Of a stretch of 61,282 nt of DNA, positions 1-12,454 are shown piece by piece. Positions within the stretch are counted from its first letter, which is position 1; the number at the start of each line of letters is the position of its first letter. This DNA is from Macrostomum lignano (Eukaryota), in the NCBI GenBank assembly GCA_002269645.1, contig NIVC01000285.1, forward strand, positions 1 through 61,282, read 5' to 3'. The translations under genes were made by a program, and so were the position numbers. Below the pieces are notes generated by a model. That model did not search any database. It was not told the DNA's origin and worked only from the letters and a program-made list of their open reading frames with translations.

Positions 1-233
1 AAGCTGGGGTAAGAGCCAATAAATGAGCCTTGGCTTTAAAAATACATTAAAATGCTTTTGTTTACCTTACTACTGAACTGAAAGTAGCTTACACGCAAAT
101 GTGCTGAGTGCCAATCTAGTTATTCTGGTATCTGTGGTTGCAATCAAAGCATAATAAATTGAGCAAAAACAAAGGCGGCAGTCAGTGGCTTATAGCTGAT
201 AATGCAGTTAATTTTTCAATTGTCTCTCACAAC

Positions 234-3200
234 TCACACCAAAATCGGCTCGCCATAAATGATGAAGACTCCATTGAGTTCTGGCTCTGATAGTTTCGAT
301 AGCTGCTGTTGGGCTGTTGCTGCTGCTGTTGCAACCTGTGATGATGCAGCTGGTGCTGATACTGCGACTGCACCGTCCATTTGAGCACGGACATCTGGTC
401 GGAGGACTCCAATACTGACGACTGACGACCTGCGGAGATGGCTGCTTGTTGACGAGAAGGCCGCTGACTGTGATGATGAAGGCGCGACTGCTGCTGAGGC
501 CGCTGTCAAGACAGCGGAGGGCCTCCTGATACGACGGTGGAGCTGACGGATGCTGCGGTTGCTGCGGAGGCGGAGGCAGAGGCAGCTGACGTTGCTGTTG
601 CGGTCTGCTGGGGGCACCTTAGGAGAAGAAGCGACACCAGCACCAGCAGCAAGCAGCACCAGCTGTGGTCGGTGTTGAAGCAGATGTCTCCGACTCCAGT
701 AGCTGGGCGGCACTGGCGGGCATAGGCGGTGGCCGTGTCTGCGGGATAGTCAAGGAAATTGGTTAGAAAACACTGAGCTGGATATTTAAAGAGGTGGGGT
801 GGGCTTCCACAAACAGGCAGGTGCGCATAACGATTGACATAAGCGCAAAGAGAGGTATAAGCGCGAAGAAAGACGCAAGCGCGCAGAGGTATAAGCGCGA
901 AGAGAGATGTAAGCATACAGACATAAGCACACAGAAGCTTAAGCGCACAGAGGCATAAGCACATAGAGGCATAAGCGCACAGAGGCATAAGCACACAGAG
1001 GCTTAAGCCCTATGACTAAATGCCCGATTAAGTTATTTTTTAAGATCTAAAATTGTAAGCCTGCATGCGCCACAGTAGGACATGCGGCAAGTAACTTCCG
1101 CCTTATGCTCACCTCGATGACAGCCGATGTACCAAATCGGCACCCGGCTTATCTGCCGCCTGCGGCAGAATCGCCTCGCTGCTCATGTCGCGACGACGCA
1201 TTTTGTCGGCGCTGTCGCTGACGCTGCCGTTGTCGCTGACGCTGCTGCTTGCCCAACTGCCTAGCAACAAGGAGGCTGACGCACACTAAGATTAAGCACA
1301 GGCCGATCGCTGTGAAAGTTGTGAGGACGGTGAAGCGAGTTGCTTACTTAGTTAATGAATCATTCGAAAATGTTTCGCAATAGAACCGAGATCCCGATAT
1401 TTGAAAATCTTAAATCCCAACACTTTGAATCCCAAATACCAAACCTTCGAGTCTCAAATCCCAAACCTTCGAGTCTCAAATCCGAAACCTTCGAGTCTCA
1501 AATCCGAAACCTTCGAGTCTCAAATCCCAAACCTTCGAGTCTCAAATCCGAAACCTTCGAGTCTCAAATCCCAAACCTTCGAGTCTCAAATCCGAAACCT
1601 TCGAGTCTCAAATCCCAAACCTTCGAGTCTCAAATCCGAAACCTTCGAGTCTCAAATCCGAAACCTTCGAGTCTCAAATCCGAAACCTTCGAGTCTCAAA
1701 TCCGAAACCTTCGAGTCTCAAATCCGAAACCTTCGAGTCTCAAATCCGAAACCTTCGAGTCTCAAATCCGAAACCTTCGAGTCTCAAATCCGAAACCTTC
1801 GAGTCTCAAATCCGAAACCTTCGAGTCTCAAATCCGAAACCTTCGAGTCTCAAATCCGAAACCTTCGAGTCTCAAATCCAAACCTTCGAGTCTCAAATCC
1901 CAAACCTTCGAGTCTCAAATCCCAAACCTTCGAGTCTCAAATCCCAAACCTTCGAGTCTCAAATCCCAAACCTTCGAGTCTCAAATTCGAAACCTTCGAG
2001 TCTCAAATCCGAAACCTTCGAGTCTCAAATCGAAACCTTCGAGTCTCAAATTCGAAACCTTCGAGTCTCAAATCCCAAACCTTCGAGTCTCAAATCCGAA
2101 ACCTTCGAGTCTCAAATCCCAACCCTTCGAGTCTCAAATCCCAAACCTTCGAGTCTCAAATTCGAAACCTTCGAGTCTCAAATCCGAAACCTTCGAGTCT
2201 CAAATCCCAAACCTTCGAGTCTCAAATCCGAAACCTTCGAGTCTCAAATCCCAAACCTTCGAGTCTCAAATCCGAAACCTTCGAGTCTCAAATATGAGTC
2301 TAAAATTACACACCTTAAATCCCAAATCCCAACCCTTTGAATCCCAACCCTTCGAATCCTAAATCCCAACTTTTGAATCTCGAATTCCAAACCTTTGCAT
2401 CCCGAATCCCAAACCTTTGAGTCTCAAATCCCAAAGCTTTGAGTCTCAAACTCAAACCTTTAAGTCCAGAATCAAATACCTTAAATCTCAAATTCCAAAC
2501 CTTTTTGAATCCAAAATCGCAACCTTTTGAATCCCAAATCCTAACTTTTGAATATTAGGTCAAAACGTGAAAACGCATGAACCTTTACTCTAAGCATTTT
2601 TTTTAAATATGAAACTTATTTGAGTGTTATCGGAACTAAACTAGCTTTCAATAGTAATTCCGCAAGAAGAACAACTCATAACTCATTGAACCGGTTTATG
2701 AGTAATTCGAGGGGTTAATGTGCACACGAGGCTATATAGACGGATTTTGAGACAACTTCCACAAAGAATAATTAATACATGCAGGTACTGGCACAGTAAA
2801 ACAAGCGTGCCTCGTTGAGCTGAGCTTGGAGTACACAACAAGCCTTGGCCTGTTTCTCGGATCTCTAACCGCCCCCCCCTCCCCACTCAATTCCACTCGA
2901 GTTAACAATGAATATAATAATACTTTGCTTTGTATAAAAATTTGTCGCTTTATATTATTAGTTAAATATAACAGGCCGTTTCTGGACTTAGTGATGAAAT
3001 GACCAAATATGGAAGGTTGGTTTGGTAATAAAAAAGCAAGTTACCCCAGAAATTAGCTCGGTGATTCTCCGAACTCAGTTGGTAAATCTTGACTGCTGGC
3101 CCTCTTTGTCAGTAGTGCATAATCAAAATATGAGTCAACAGCATTCATGATATGATTAAGCGGAGGCGCTGGGTAAAGTAAGGGTAGGTTTAGGGTAGGG

Positions 3201-5456
3201 GTGTTTTGTCAGCGGTGAGCCTTGACTGAAATTCGGGTCACCAATGAAGGAATGAATTCGGGACACCACAGATTCACTCACTGGATAAGATATATCTCAC
3301 TGCAATCTACAGTATAGTTAGTTCGTGTCTTTGTTAAGCAGATATAGATACAGTCATGACTGCAGACAGACAGAATACTAGCTTGATTTCCCTAGGGGCT
3401 ACAACCAGAATTTCAATGTGTTGCGCTTGGTATAGACTAGCAATGGATTGCTAATGGAGTGTCAGGTGATGGCGGTGCTGGGACAGGGGGTGCTAGGAGA
3501 GGACAGGGGGTGCTAGGAGGGGACAGGGGGTGCTAGGAGGGGACAGGGGTGCTAGGAGGGGACAGGGGTGCTAGGAGGGGACAGGGGGTGCTAGGAGGGG
3601 ACAGGGGGTGCTAGGAGGGGACAGGGGGTGCTAGGAGGGGACAGGGGGTGCTAGGAGGGGACAGGGTGCTAGGAGGGGACAGGGGGTGCTAGGAGGGGAC
3701 AGGGGGTGCTAGGAGGGGACAGGGGGTGCTAGGAGGGGACAGGGGGTGCTAGGAGGGGACAGGGGTGCTAGGAGGGGACAGGGGGTGCTAGGAGGGGACA
3801 GGGGGTGCTAGGAGGGGACAGGGGGTGCTAGGAGGGGACAGGGGGTGCTAGGAGGGGACAGGGGGTGCTAGGAGGGGACAGGGGGTGCTAGGAGGGGACA
3901 GGGGGTGCTAGGAGGGGACAGGGGGTGCTAGGAGGGGACAGGGGTGCTAGGAGGGGACAGGGGTGCTAGGAGGGGACAGGGGGTGCTAGGAGGGGACAGG
4001 GGGTGCTAGGAGGGGACAGGGGTGTTAGGAGGGGAAAGGGGCTGATACCTGCTAGGAGGGGTTTCTCTGTTCTCTGTTTCTCATTCTCTGTTATGATGTA
4101 TTAAGCCAAAAATGTACAGACCATAGCGGAACGGGCATCAAGATGAACTCCATATCTCAGGGGTCTCTTCAGTTCATTCAGGTTAAAACCGCGCACAAGA
4201 AGTAAACAAATCCTTTTTAAGCCTACCTACGTACGTAATAGGCAGACGAATTGCTAATCTAGATATCAGTAGCTATATTATACACAGCAGCAACAGATGG
4301 CATTCTAAACTAGCAGTTACAATCGAATAGATAAGACACGACCTTACTAACTTTACTATCACAGAAATCTGCAGTTCAGTGATTCACTGCCGGCAAGAGT
4401 TTAGATAAAAGAAGAATTGATTACAGTAGAAATATCCGAATCCGCAAAAAGCGGAACCGACCGAACCGATTGCGTAATCATCGTTAAAACACCGACGCGA
4501 AAAGCTTTGGGAAGGGAGCAGCACGGGAAAATTGATTACTCTTGTAGATAGACAGAGAGGGGGCAGCGCAAATCAGGCTTTCAATGTAAATAACGGTGTT
4601 TGCCCACACAGTCTTCCCTTTGGCAACTTAGCGTCTTTAGTTGTTAGTGGCAGTGGGTTACTATGCGCACAAACCCTGGATATTGGGCACTAATAAATAA
4701 GTTAAATATTCAGATTGGATTTGCTGTAGAATCGCCCTGGAGATTCAATTCGGATTCCATTATATTGTGCACTGGTTGACCTCGCAGCTTTTCCCCCCGT
4801 AATCGGCAATCCCATTAACTTTGTAGATCAGATAAACAAAATTAAAAGAGTCCTGCACAGTAATTCATTCGAGTTAGATAAAAAGCGATGGGAAATGAGT
4901 CAGAGACAGACAGTTGTGGGAGATTGCATTGAAAAAAGGCCTAACCTAAGTTCTTGGCTTTCTGGCCTTTTTCCCAAAACAAGCATCATCAACATTACTA
5001 GAAAGATACAGTCAACTTACAGCACAGTCCCAGACCGGCGTACAACAGTTGCGGTACTTGCGACAGGCGCGTATTAATAGCGTAAGTAGACGTGACAATA
5101 ACGCCTAGGAGAATTAGTACAAATGCAGCGAACAGGCCTAAACGAAGGCAGCTAATGCTCTTTGTTGCTGACACTGGTGTGGATGGGCCCTGTCTTCTAC
5201 TAGAAGCAGGCTGCTGCTGATTCCAATTACTAGTATTAGTAGTAGCGTTAGCACTAGCAGCAGGGTTAGTCGGCCTGGTCAAATCGCAATATACCGAGTC
5301 ATTCTCAAATTCTTCGGCATCTTGTTCGCGTCCGTGACGCGGCGATTCCGCGATACGAAGGCCCGGATTTGAGGCGCCGCCTCCGCCACCACCAGAGGAG
5401 GAGACAAGGCTCTGCATCGAGGTCGGATAGAGCAGATATTCTCGACGAGTTAGCAT
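234..5456 (-). CDS. Three-exon gene for a two-TM hairpin membrane protein (TMEM100/TMEM74/PIRT-like), with an apparent +1 frameshift in exon 2
   Basis: Exons 5456-5021 (ATG; donor GTAAGT), 1309-1113 (acceptor CTTTCACAG; donor GTGAGC) and 738-234 (acceptor ATCCCGCAG; stop). The exon 1/2 junction is in phase and builds TM1 LGLFAAFVLILLGVIVTSTYAI and TM2 LLYAGLGLCSIGLCLILVCVSLLVA. The summed length is 1138 nt (3n+1). As written the frame stops at TAA 1151-1149 (198 aa); removing one A at 1201-1204 gives 378 aa in phase with exon 3. The family call is from remembered similarity to the TMEM100 TM region (SCxR...GIVVT...N), not from a search. Confidence 0.65.
838..1008. repeat. Degenerate 16-bp tandem repeat (ATAAGCGCACAGAGGC)
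   Basis: About 10 copies; ATAAGC recurs at 971 and 987; lies in intron 2 of the TM gene. Confidence 0.8.
1405..2560. repeat. 22-bp minisatellite (AAACCTTCGAGTCTCAAATCCS), homogeneous core 1440-2290 with degenerate flanks
   Basis: Period 22 (1441, 1463). Explains ORFs 1355..2362 and 1401..2297, whose 22-aa repeat equals 3 units. Intronic. Confidence 0.95.
3478..4040. repeat. 19-20-bp G-rich minisatellite (GGAGGGGACAGGGGGTGCTA)
   Basis: About 28 copies with G4/G5 runs on the + strand; G-quadruplex-capable; intronic. Confidence 0.95.
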
Positions 5457-8400
5457 TTCTCTAGCTAACAGGGCAGAAATTCTCAGAGGTCTTCGTCACT
5501 CAAATAATAATCAATAAGCCAGCCCGGTCGCCTTTCTCGTCTGGTTATCGATATATATAGTGTGTCCCGATTTCAACTGTCCCTTCCTTTCGTTTTATCT
5601 TATTAGGGAATCGGGGCGGGGGGACTTTGTCAAGGGGGTTGGGTCTTGTGAACATCCAATGTACATTCAGAGGACTGGATGGACTGGAACCTCCTCAGTT
5701 CAGTCTGAAACGCGACAGCCAATAGGAAAGCGATACTAGGGTCCCCCTTATCGCTCAAGCCACCCCCACCACCCCAGACCAGTTCGCGTCACCCGTAATT
5801 ATAAACCCTACGGCCTACTATTATAACCCCAACACAACAGGCCAAATAAGCAACCAATCTGCTGTCTTATACAGCTGCTCCGTGTATATTGTGCTGTTCT
5901 GTTCGCAAATGTCCCCCGCCCCCCATGGTTAAAGGGAGAAAGCCGGTGTGGGGTTTGAGTTTGACGCGATTCTTCTAATCGGCTGGGAGAATAGTTTTTA
6001 AAGCCTATCATCTCTAGGTCGTAGCTGCAATCTATCGGAGATTTCATGCCGCCCGAGGCAAAAGTATTGGGGCGTCAGTCAGTCCTTGTTCCTCTTTCAG
6101 ATCACAGACGTTTATCTCTCCCCCCGCCCGGAGAAAATTTCCACGGGAATGGGGGAGGGGACTGCCGGCGGATTTTTATAGCCTAAATGATACAGAAACG
6201 ATAAGATATTGCCCCGGGCCGCCCCGAGGGAGTGGAAGGATTCTGAATATTTTATGAGCGAGAAGCCGAGAACGAAAAAAGCGAAGTCTTTGTAATCCTG
6301 CAAAAACGCTGAAAAGCTGAAAAACTAAAAAGCAGACAGGCGACAGGAGGCATGCTTGACGCTTTGCTAGACCGCTCATTCATTTCCATCACCGAGCCGG
6401 GCGGGCCCCCTCCTTAGTTATATTAATTATGGGATTTTGGGGGGGGTCTTTCTTGCCTGTTCGTTCGTTCACGATGTTTCTTCATTCCTGCTCAACATCT
6501 GAATCAATCAAGCCCCCTAGTAGAAGAAGATGGATGTGAGGCGGAGAGCTTTGGCCCCCACCCCTTCCCTCTATAGACAGGGGGTGCGACCTCGAATAAA
6601 TGAGATCAACAAAGACAAGGCAGTAGAGAGAGGGGCTAAAATGAAGCCATAACCATGTGCAATTGCACTAGGCATTCATCCGAAAATAGTCAGGGTTTGA
6701 GCCTTTTATTTATGTTTAGCCTTAGCTTTACAAGCTTGTGCAGTGCATTTCCTTCCTTTCTGCTATTTTGTTTTTAATAAGCGAATATAGTGTCACGGTT
6801 TCCCAGTTTTTTGTAGGTCTTTGTTCTGCTTTGACCTGGAATTTGGTTGTATTTTTTCTTTTTTCATACATTTTTAAAAACTGAAGCTTGAGTTCGTTCA
6901 TGCGGATATTTGTGGGTCTCGAAATGGGACGCTTTTTTCATAACTAGCTATTAGTATTTTTAGTCTACAGCTCTCACTCTTTCAAGACTAGCGGTCTTTG
7001 TTCTGTTACTGTTTGTTGTCTTGCATTTAGATGTCAGCATTTCTGCATTAGCCATCTGTAATATTGCTTTATTTTAGTATCCTCCAGTTCTCTTCTCCCC
7101 CCTCTCATCTCTCATCTCTAATCTCTTATCTCTCTTCCCTCTAATTTGTTATCTCTCATCTCTCTGCTCTCTTCACTCAATATTGAGAGTGGCAAGCTAT
7201 GACTATATTTCTAGCTTCTCATCCCTCCGTGCAAGCTATTCATCACCTTTATATACTCGTATTCGTGTCATCACAGTGCAGCCCGAAATGACCGCTACTG
7301 ATTACGTAATCAATGCAACTCATTACAAAATTTGGTGAGTATTAAGCTGCCTTAAAAGTTTTCCCAAAGCAAAAGAAAAGCTATACGAGTTATAGAGCCA
7401 CCGTTTCTCGCGCATGGAATTATAAAATTATGCCTTTAATTTATCATGCCCTGCATGGTAATCTGCACCTCTACCACCTTGCTCGCGCACCTTCAAACCA
7501 ACCCACCACGAAGCCTGTAATCAATATCCCTCGGTCTTTCTTTCCATATCATTGGCATTTGTTACGAAGCAGCTGTAATATCCTGTATTTAGTATATTTA
7601 GATAGTTAAAACCTTCCATTCCATTTCTATTTGCCTTGTTACGCAACATAAAAAGCAATTCGTTTCCACTTTGGCTTTTACTATACACAGGCATAGCAGA
7701 AGGATTATTATATTAGATTCCTATACAAATTTCTTCCCTCAATTGCTGCATGCAAACATTGCGCAGGTGTATCATACATTATTACAGAGTAGTGTCAATC
7801 TAAGCTTACTGAGTCATGGAGAATATAGGGGCTTCAAATCGCGCAGGATTTTGTTTTATTTGTGAAAGAATTTATAAGTTTAGAATTGAACCGCGTGGAC
7901 TACGATTTATGCAAAGGAAAAAGAAAGGTGCGATAAAGAGGGGATACCACCTGCTGCTGATGCAGCCTGCAGTCAGAAGAGACATCATGCAGGCATGATC
8001 TACTGCAGCTGTTAACACAGCGACTATGGGTTTAAACGAATAAAGAACTGCTGCATATGCGCCACTTGACTTGCACTAGGATTGGGATTCGCGGGGTTAA
8101 AAAGGGGATTTGCAATGTGCAAGAGAGCGTAAAAATAAGCATTTGCCCGGCTCCTGTCCCCAAGTCTTTGTCTTCCCTGAGCGGAATTTTTACTCAAATT
8201 GGTTTTTATTTTACACTGTAAGTGCACTCACTCTGATCAGTGCTGCATAAGCTTATATGTTAATTATACAGCCCACATAAAACCCTTGCAATGAGACCTG
8301 CCGTCTGAGATTATGTGGGTACTGGCTTGAGTTTGAGCTGATCTGCATGGCTCTGTCTTTGTCGGAACTGCTCAGCTAAGCATTGAGCTGCAACAGCCCA

Positions 8401-9810
8401 TACTTGTTTGCAGTTGTCACGAAGGATAAAAATGCAAATTACACAGCTTTTTTACCAGCTCCCCTTTATAGTCTACTCCATTCGTTCTCAACAATCCTTC
8501 AGTCTGAAGCAAGAAAAAACCCCACTAAGCGACGACTACATGTCTCGAGGCATTAGGGGCATAGGAGACAGACAGACAGGCAGCTTTCAGGGAAGACATC
8601 TGCAAACAGTCGCTCCCCCGCATGGGATGAAAAACTCCCTTCGATTGATTTGGGGTACAATTTGCGGTCTTTGTTCGTCATATTCGATAGCTATATAGCA
8701 TAATTTTTTTCTCGTTCACGGGGGCCGGCCTCTTTCAGCCTTTTTGTATCGGGTTACCTCATCTATGCAGCTGCTTACAGCGTAAGCGTGCCGCCTTTGT
8801 GTACACAACCGGGCGTCGGATTTTGAATATAATCCTGCATTCCTTCTCCGGAGATGGTCGCTTCCCTCAGCTGAGACGTCATCCCCAGCCGAGAATTTCC
8901 CAGGAGACATCAGTCATTCCGCTAGGGGCTTTGGATCAGCAGCACGACCTGCTCTCCAAGACAAAGAATTGGTCCGTCCTGTGCCTCAAAAGCTACTAAC
9001 TAAAAGCATTCCATTATCAAATTGAAAGCCATGCCTAAATGCCCCTCTTTAAGTCTTGTCAAGAAGGTGCAGCCCTGTGAAGGTCCCTTTTAGTAAGAGA
9101 AAATTTGATGGGAAAACAAATTTTCTACGCGTGGTGTGTGGTTCTTTGCTTCTAGAATTTTTTTGCTAATCGATTGATCCAAAATTTCAGCTATTTTTTC
9201 GAACTGATGATTTGTTCTAGAACATTGCATTTTGATTCAAGTCGGGATCATTGGGGCTGATTGTTTAAACGCCACTTTTAGGGGAATTTTGTACTATAAC
9301 AATGAATGATAACAGGAATGCATTATTTTCGGCTTTCAGACCTCATTCACCTTTATCATACAGAATTTGTACATGTGCATGTGCTGGCACTCGCTGGCTA
9401 TCAAAACGCTTCGATAACTTCTGACTTAGCCACGTCACAAGCTTGTATAGTTAGTCGATGGCGATGGCTATTGGAGAGCCAGCAGCCAGTTGGGAAGAAG
9501 TTACATCCTCGGATTCTCCTCGGCGGGTGGTGCAGGGTGGGTTGGTTTTGGCGTTCAAAGAACGGCTGCTGTTGTGGCCACCCCGAAAGCTTGCTGTTGC
9601 CTGCATAGAACTGCACGGCATCGTACGCGGGGGCAACGGTAAGACTTTACCTAACTCGATGCCACCATGGCCTGCGATTCCGTCCAGGCCCTAAAGCGTT
9701 GGGTTTCGGTGCAACTGACCATCAGCTTTTCTCATTAGCTACTTTGACTGGTGGTAAAACAAGCCCAAGCAGCTGTCTATACCTGAATAGTAAAAGTGCC
9801 AATTGATTGC

Positions 9811-12132
9811 ATGGCGTTCTCGGCGAAGACATACAGAGCTGCTCTTCTAGCAATTTTTATTCTCCTATTAATCTGCTTATCTGCCGCTGTGTACCTCGGC
9901 GTTATTGTTCAGCGCTGCAACGGGTTGTCAAAAGTCAGACAGACCTGCCAGACGCCTGAATGCGCAGCTCTCGGCGCTTCAATGTCGAAGAGCATCAATC
10001 TGTCAGTCGATCCATGTGACGATTTCTATGAATACGCCTGCGGTAATTTTGGTCAGCACGTGCACTACAAGTTTCAGGAGGACGGAGTCAACCTGCAGGG
10101 TGTCAACTATGTCGAGACAATGACGGCTATGCGCTACGAAGTATTGGACCGCTTGCACGAAGTATTGACCATACCGAAGCTTAATGGAACTACAGGCGAT
10201 TTAAAGTTGAAGGTGGTGCATAGTTTTGCCCAGTCTTATTACCAGGAATGTCAGTCCTGGTGGCAGAAAGTGGATCTAGGGACAAAGGGCTCAAAGTCAT
10301 TGTCCGTATCATTCGTAAGCTCCTTACTGGAGAGACTTTTGTCGGGTGTCAGCAGTGACACGAAATTTTGGCCCGAACGGTTGCTTGCTCGAATCGCCAG
10401 CACAGGCGTCGGAGGTACCTTTCGCGTGAGCATCTCCGATCGATTGGTTGAAAGTATGTTGAAAGAACACCAGCCTAACTCGCCTCTGAGAGACTTGACC
10501 CGAGCTCACCTGATTGTCAATCTTAGCGAAACACTCATTTGGAGCCGAGTTCACTCTAGCGCTCTGGACCATCTCGCTCACCTAATCCAGCGACTGAGCC
10601 CGCCCATTAGCGATGCACTCCAACCTAACCAAACGGTTGGACAACTGTCTTCAATCGCGTCTGCATTGTTCGGACCTGGTTTGGTAAACAGAAGCGACTC
10701 GGACAAGTCCATTACTAGACGGATCGGTGAGCTCAAGGATGACACCTCGATTGGAAGTTTCGATTGGGAAGTCTTTTTTGATGAGCTGATGTCGCTCAGC
10801 GGTGCAAGCTTAGACTACGACGCAATCATAGTAGTGGATAATGTTCAACAGACGCGTACGCTCCTCGAAGCTTTGGAAGACGCTCGAATCAACAGAGAAC
10901 GCCGTCCATTCATTCAGGCACTTCTAGTGCTTGATTGGCTCGTTAAATTTCAAGTTTTCTTGCCGTTCGAGTTGTCAGCAATGTTAGCAAAACCCGATGA
11001 GGAGGAAGAAGGCGGCGGCGCGGTTGTCGCGGGCATAGCCGAGGACGACCGATTGATTTCACGAATTCCAGTTGGGGCAGCGATAGCTCGCGAGTGCCTC
11101 CGGTTGAGCCGGCGACTTCTGCAGCCCGTAGTGGAGCGAATGTACCGGCTGGCTTACCTGCCTGTCGATTTTTCTCACGTACACAGACTGGTTGGCTGGG
11201 TGAAGTCAGCCTCCGCTGGCGCCGCTCAGACCTCGGGTAGTTGGATTTCGCTGCAGAGTCGTCTTAAGGTGGCCGAGAAAATTCTGGCCGTGCGACAAGC
11301 AATTGGCTTCGACGAGCTTTCACCTGAAGAAGTGAGACGCATGCACTATCCCTGCATCGCTAAGCACGCAGCTTCACCAGCTGACTCTAACGACTTCGCG
11401 AAACTCTACTTAGCCGCCCTCTGCTCCTATCAGTCTCGGGCTCTGCAAGCCTTGACGCCGAACTTCACTGCCCCGGTCTTCGCCACACTCAACACCCTAG
11501 TGGTGAACGCTTATAACTACTTTCGCGAGAATCGAGTCATCTTCCCGCTGGCCCTGCTGCAGCCGCCGATGTACCATCCAGGCTACCCGGTGTACGCCAA
11601 CTTGGCGGGGCTCGGCTTCATCGCCGGCCACGAGATCGGTCACGCATTTGACGCTTACGGACACACGCTGAGCAAGGACGGCGCCTCCGGCCACACCTGG
11701 GACTCGGCCACCGAAACCGGCTATCTTAAACGGATGAAATGCGCCTTTGACGACTATCTGACACTGCCAGACTCGTATTCCGGCGGCCTTGGTAGCCTCA
11801 GCAATGACATATCGGACATTATCGGCGTGTCCGCAGCCTACCGCGGATTGCTTCTGGCCACCGGAGGAGATTTTGAATCGGTGCCTTCTCTGCCAGGAAT
11901 CGTTGCCAGCCTTAGCAACGAGCAGCTGTTCTTCGTGCAGCTCGCGCAGTCCTGGTGCGCCAAGGCCGACAGCCGGGCCATCAAGATGCTTTTCGGTCAT
12001 TCGTTCGCCACGCACAGTTCGAATCGACGTCGAGTGTTGGGCATGATGAGGCATTCGCCGAACTTTGCTGGCGCTTTCGGCTGTCCAGTCGGTTCGCGAA
12101 TGAATCCCAAGCGGAAGTGCGTCTTCTGGTAG
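9811..12132 (+). CDS. M13 family (neprilysin/ECE-like) type II membrane metallopeptidase homolog, intronless
   Basis: First ATG at 9811 (the track start 9796 is GTG). N-terminal signal anchor LLAIFILLLICLSAAVYLGVIV; C..PEC...DPCDDFYEYACG; VVNAY..RENRVIFPLALLQPP; HEIGH at 11629-11643; HS...RRVLG; C-terminal FGCPVGSRMNPKRKCVFW. The ENIAD motif reads NDISD. Confidence 0.95.
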   Translation: MAFSAKTYRAALLAIFILLLICLSAAVYLGVIVQRCNGLSKVRQTCQTPECAALGASMSKSINLSVDPCDDFYEYACGNFGQHVHYKFQEDGVNLQGVNYVETMTAMRYEVLDRLHEVLTIPKLNGTTGDLKLKVVHSFAQSYYQECQSWWQKVDLGTKGSKSLSVSFVSSLLERLLSGVSSDTKFWPERLLARIASTGVGGTFRVSISDRLVESMLKEHQPNSPLRDLTRAHLIVNLSETLIWSRVHSSALDHLAHLIQRLSPPISDALQPNQTVGQLSSIASALFGPGLVNRSDSDKSITRRIGELKDDTSIGSFDWEVFFDELMSLSGASLDYDAIIVVDNVQQTRTLLEALEDARINRERRPFIQALLVLDWLVKFQVFLPFELSAMLAKPDEEEEGGGAVVAGIAEDDRLISRIPVGAAIARECLRLSRRLLQPVVERMYRLAYLPVDFSHVHRLVGWVKSASAGAAQTSGSWISLQSRLKVAEKILAVRQAIGFDELSPEEVRRMHYPCIAKHAASPADSNDFAKLYLAALCSYQSRALQALTPNFTAPVFATLNTLVVNAYNYFRENRVIFPLALLQPPMYHPGYPVYANLAGLGFIAGHEIGHAFDAYGHTLSKDGASGHTWDSATETGYLKRMKCAFDDYLTLPDSYSGGLGSLSNDISDIIGVSAAYRGLLLATGGDFESVPSLPGIVASLSNEQLFFVQLAQSWCAKADSRAIKMLFGHSFATHSSNRRRVLGMMRHSPNFAGAFGCPVGSRMNPKRKCVFW

Positions 12133-12454
12133 CTTGGTAGTTTGACCAGCATTGTCTTATAGATAGGATATGTTGAGCTAGAATTGATTTTTGCTGTGAT
12201 CTCTATTGATAGAGCTATCCCAATAGCGTCAGTGCTTACGTACTTAGATTTGCATGTAACAACAAACTGGCTAGAATCGAACTAGGCTTAATTTTTACTT
12301 TTTAATTTCTAAGCAGTCTAAGCCATGTTGCAGTTTTCTAACTCTTCACCGACGTGAGCCAAGAGTTTCTGGACTAAATTTTCGGAAATACTTCCGTACT
12401 ACTATTACAAAACTAAAGGATTTCCTATCTTAAGTTTCTTTATATTTAAGGTTT

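Noticed and set aside
506-738. Direct splice of exon 5021 to 738 using the DTATAYARQC frame
   Set aside because: Phase-compatible, but it skips the exon at 1309-1113 that supplies a much better TM2 and is in phase with the longer exon-3 frame; it remains possible as a minor isoform.
1355-2362. 335-aa repeat ORF
   Set aside because: 22-bp array in an intron of the minus-strand gene.
3178-3202. Telomere-like GGGTAGGTTTAGGGTAGGGG
   Set aside because: Only about 3 degenerate units; not a telomeric tract.
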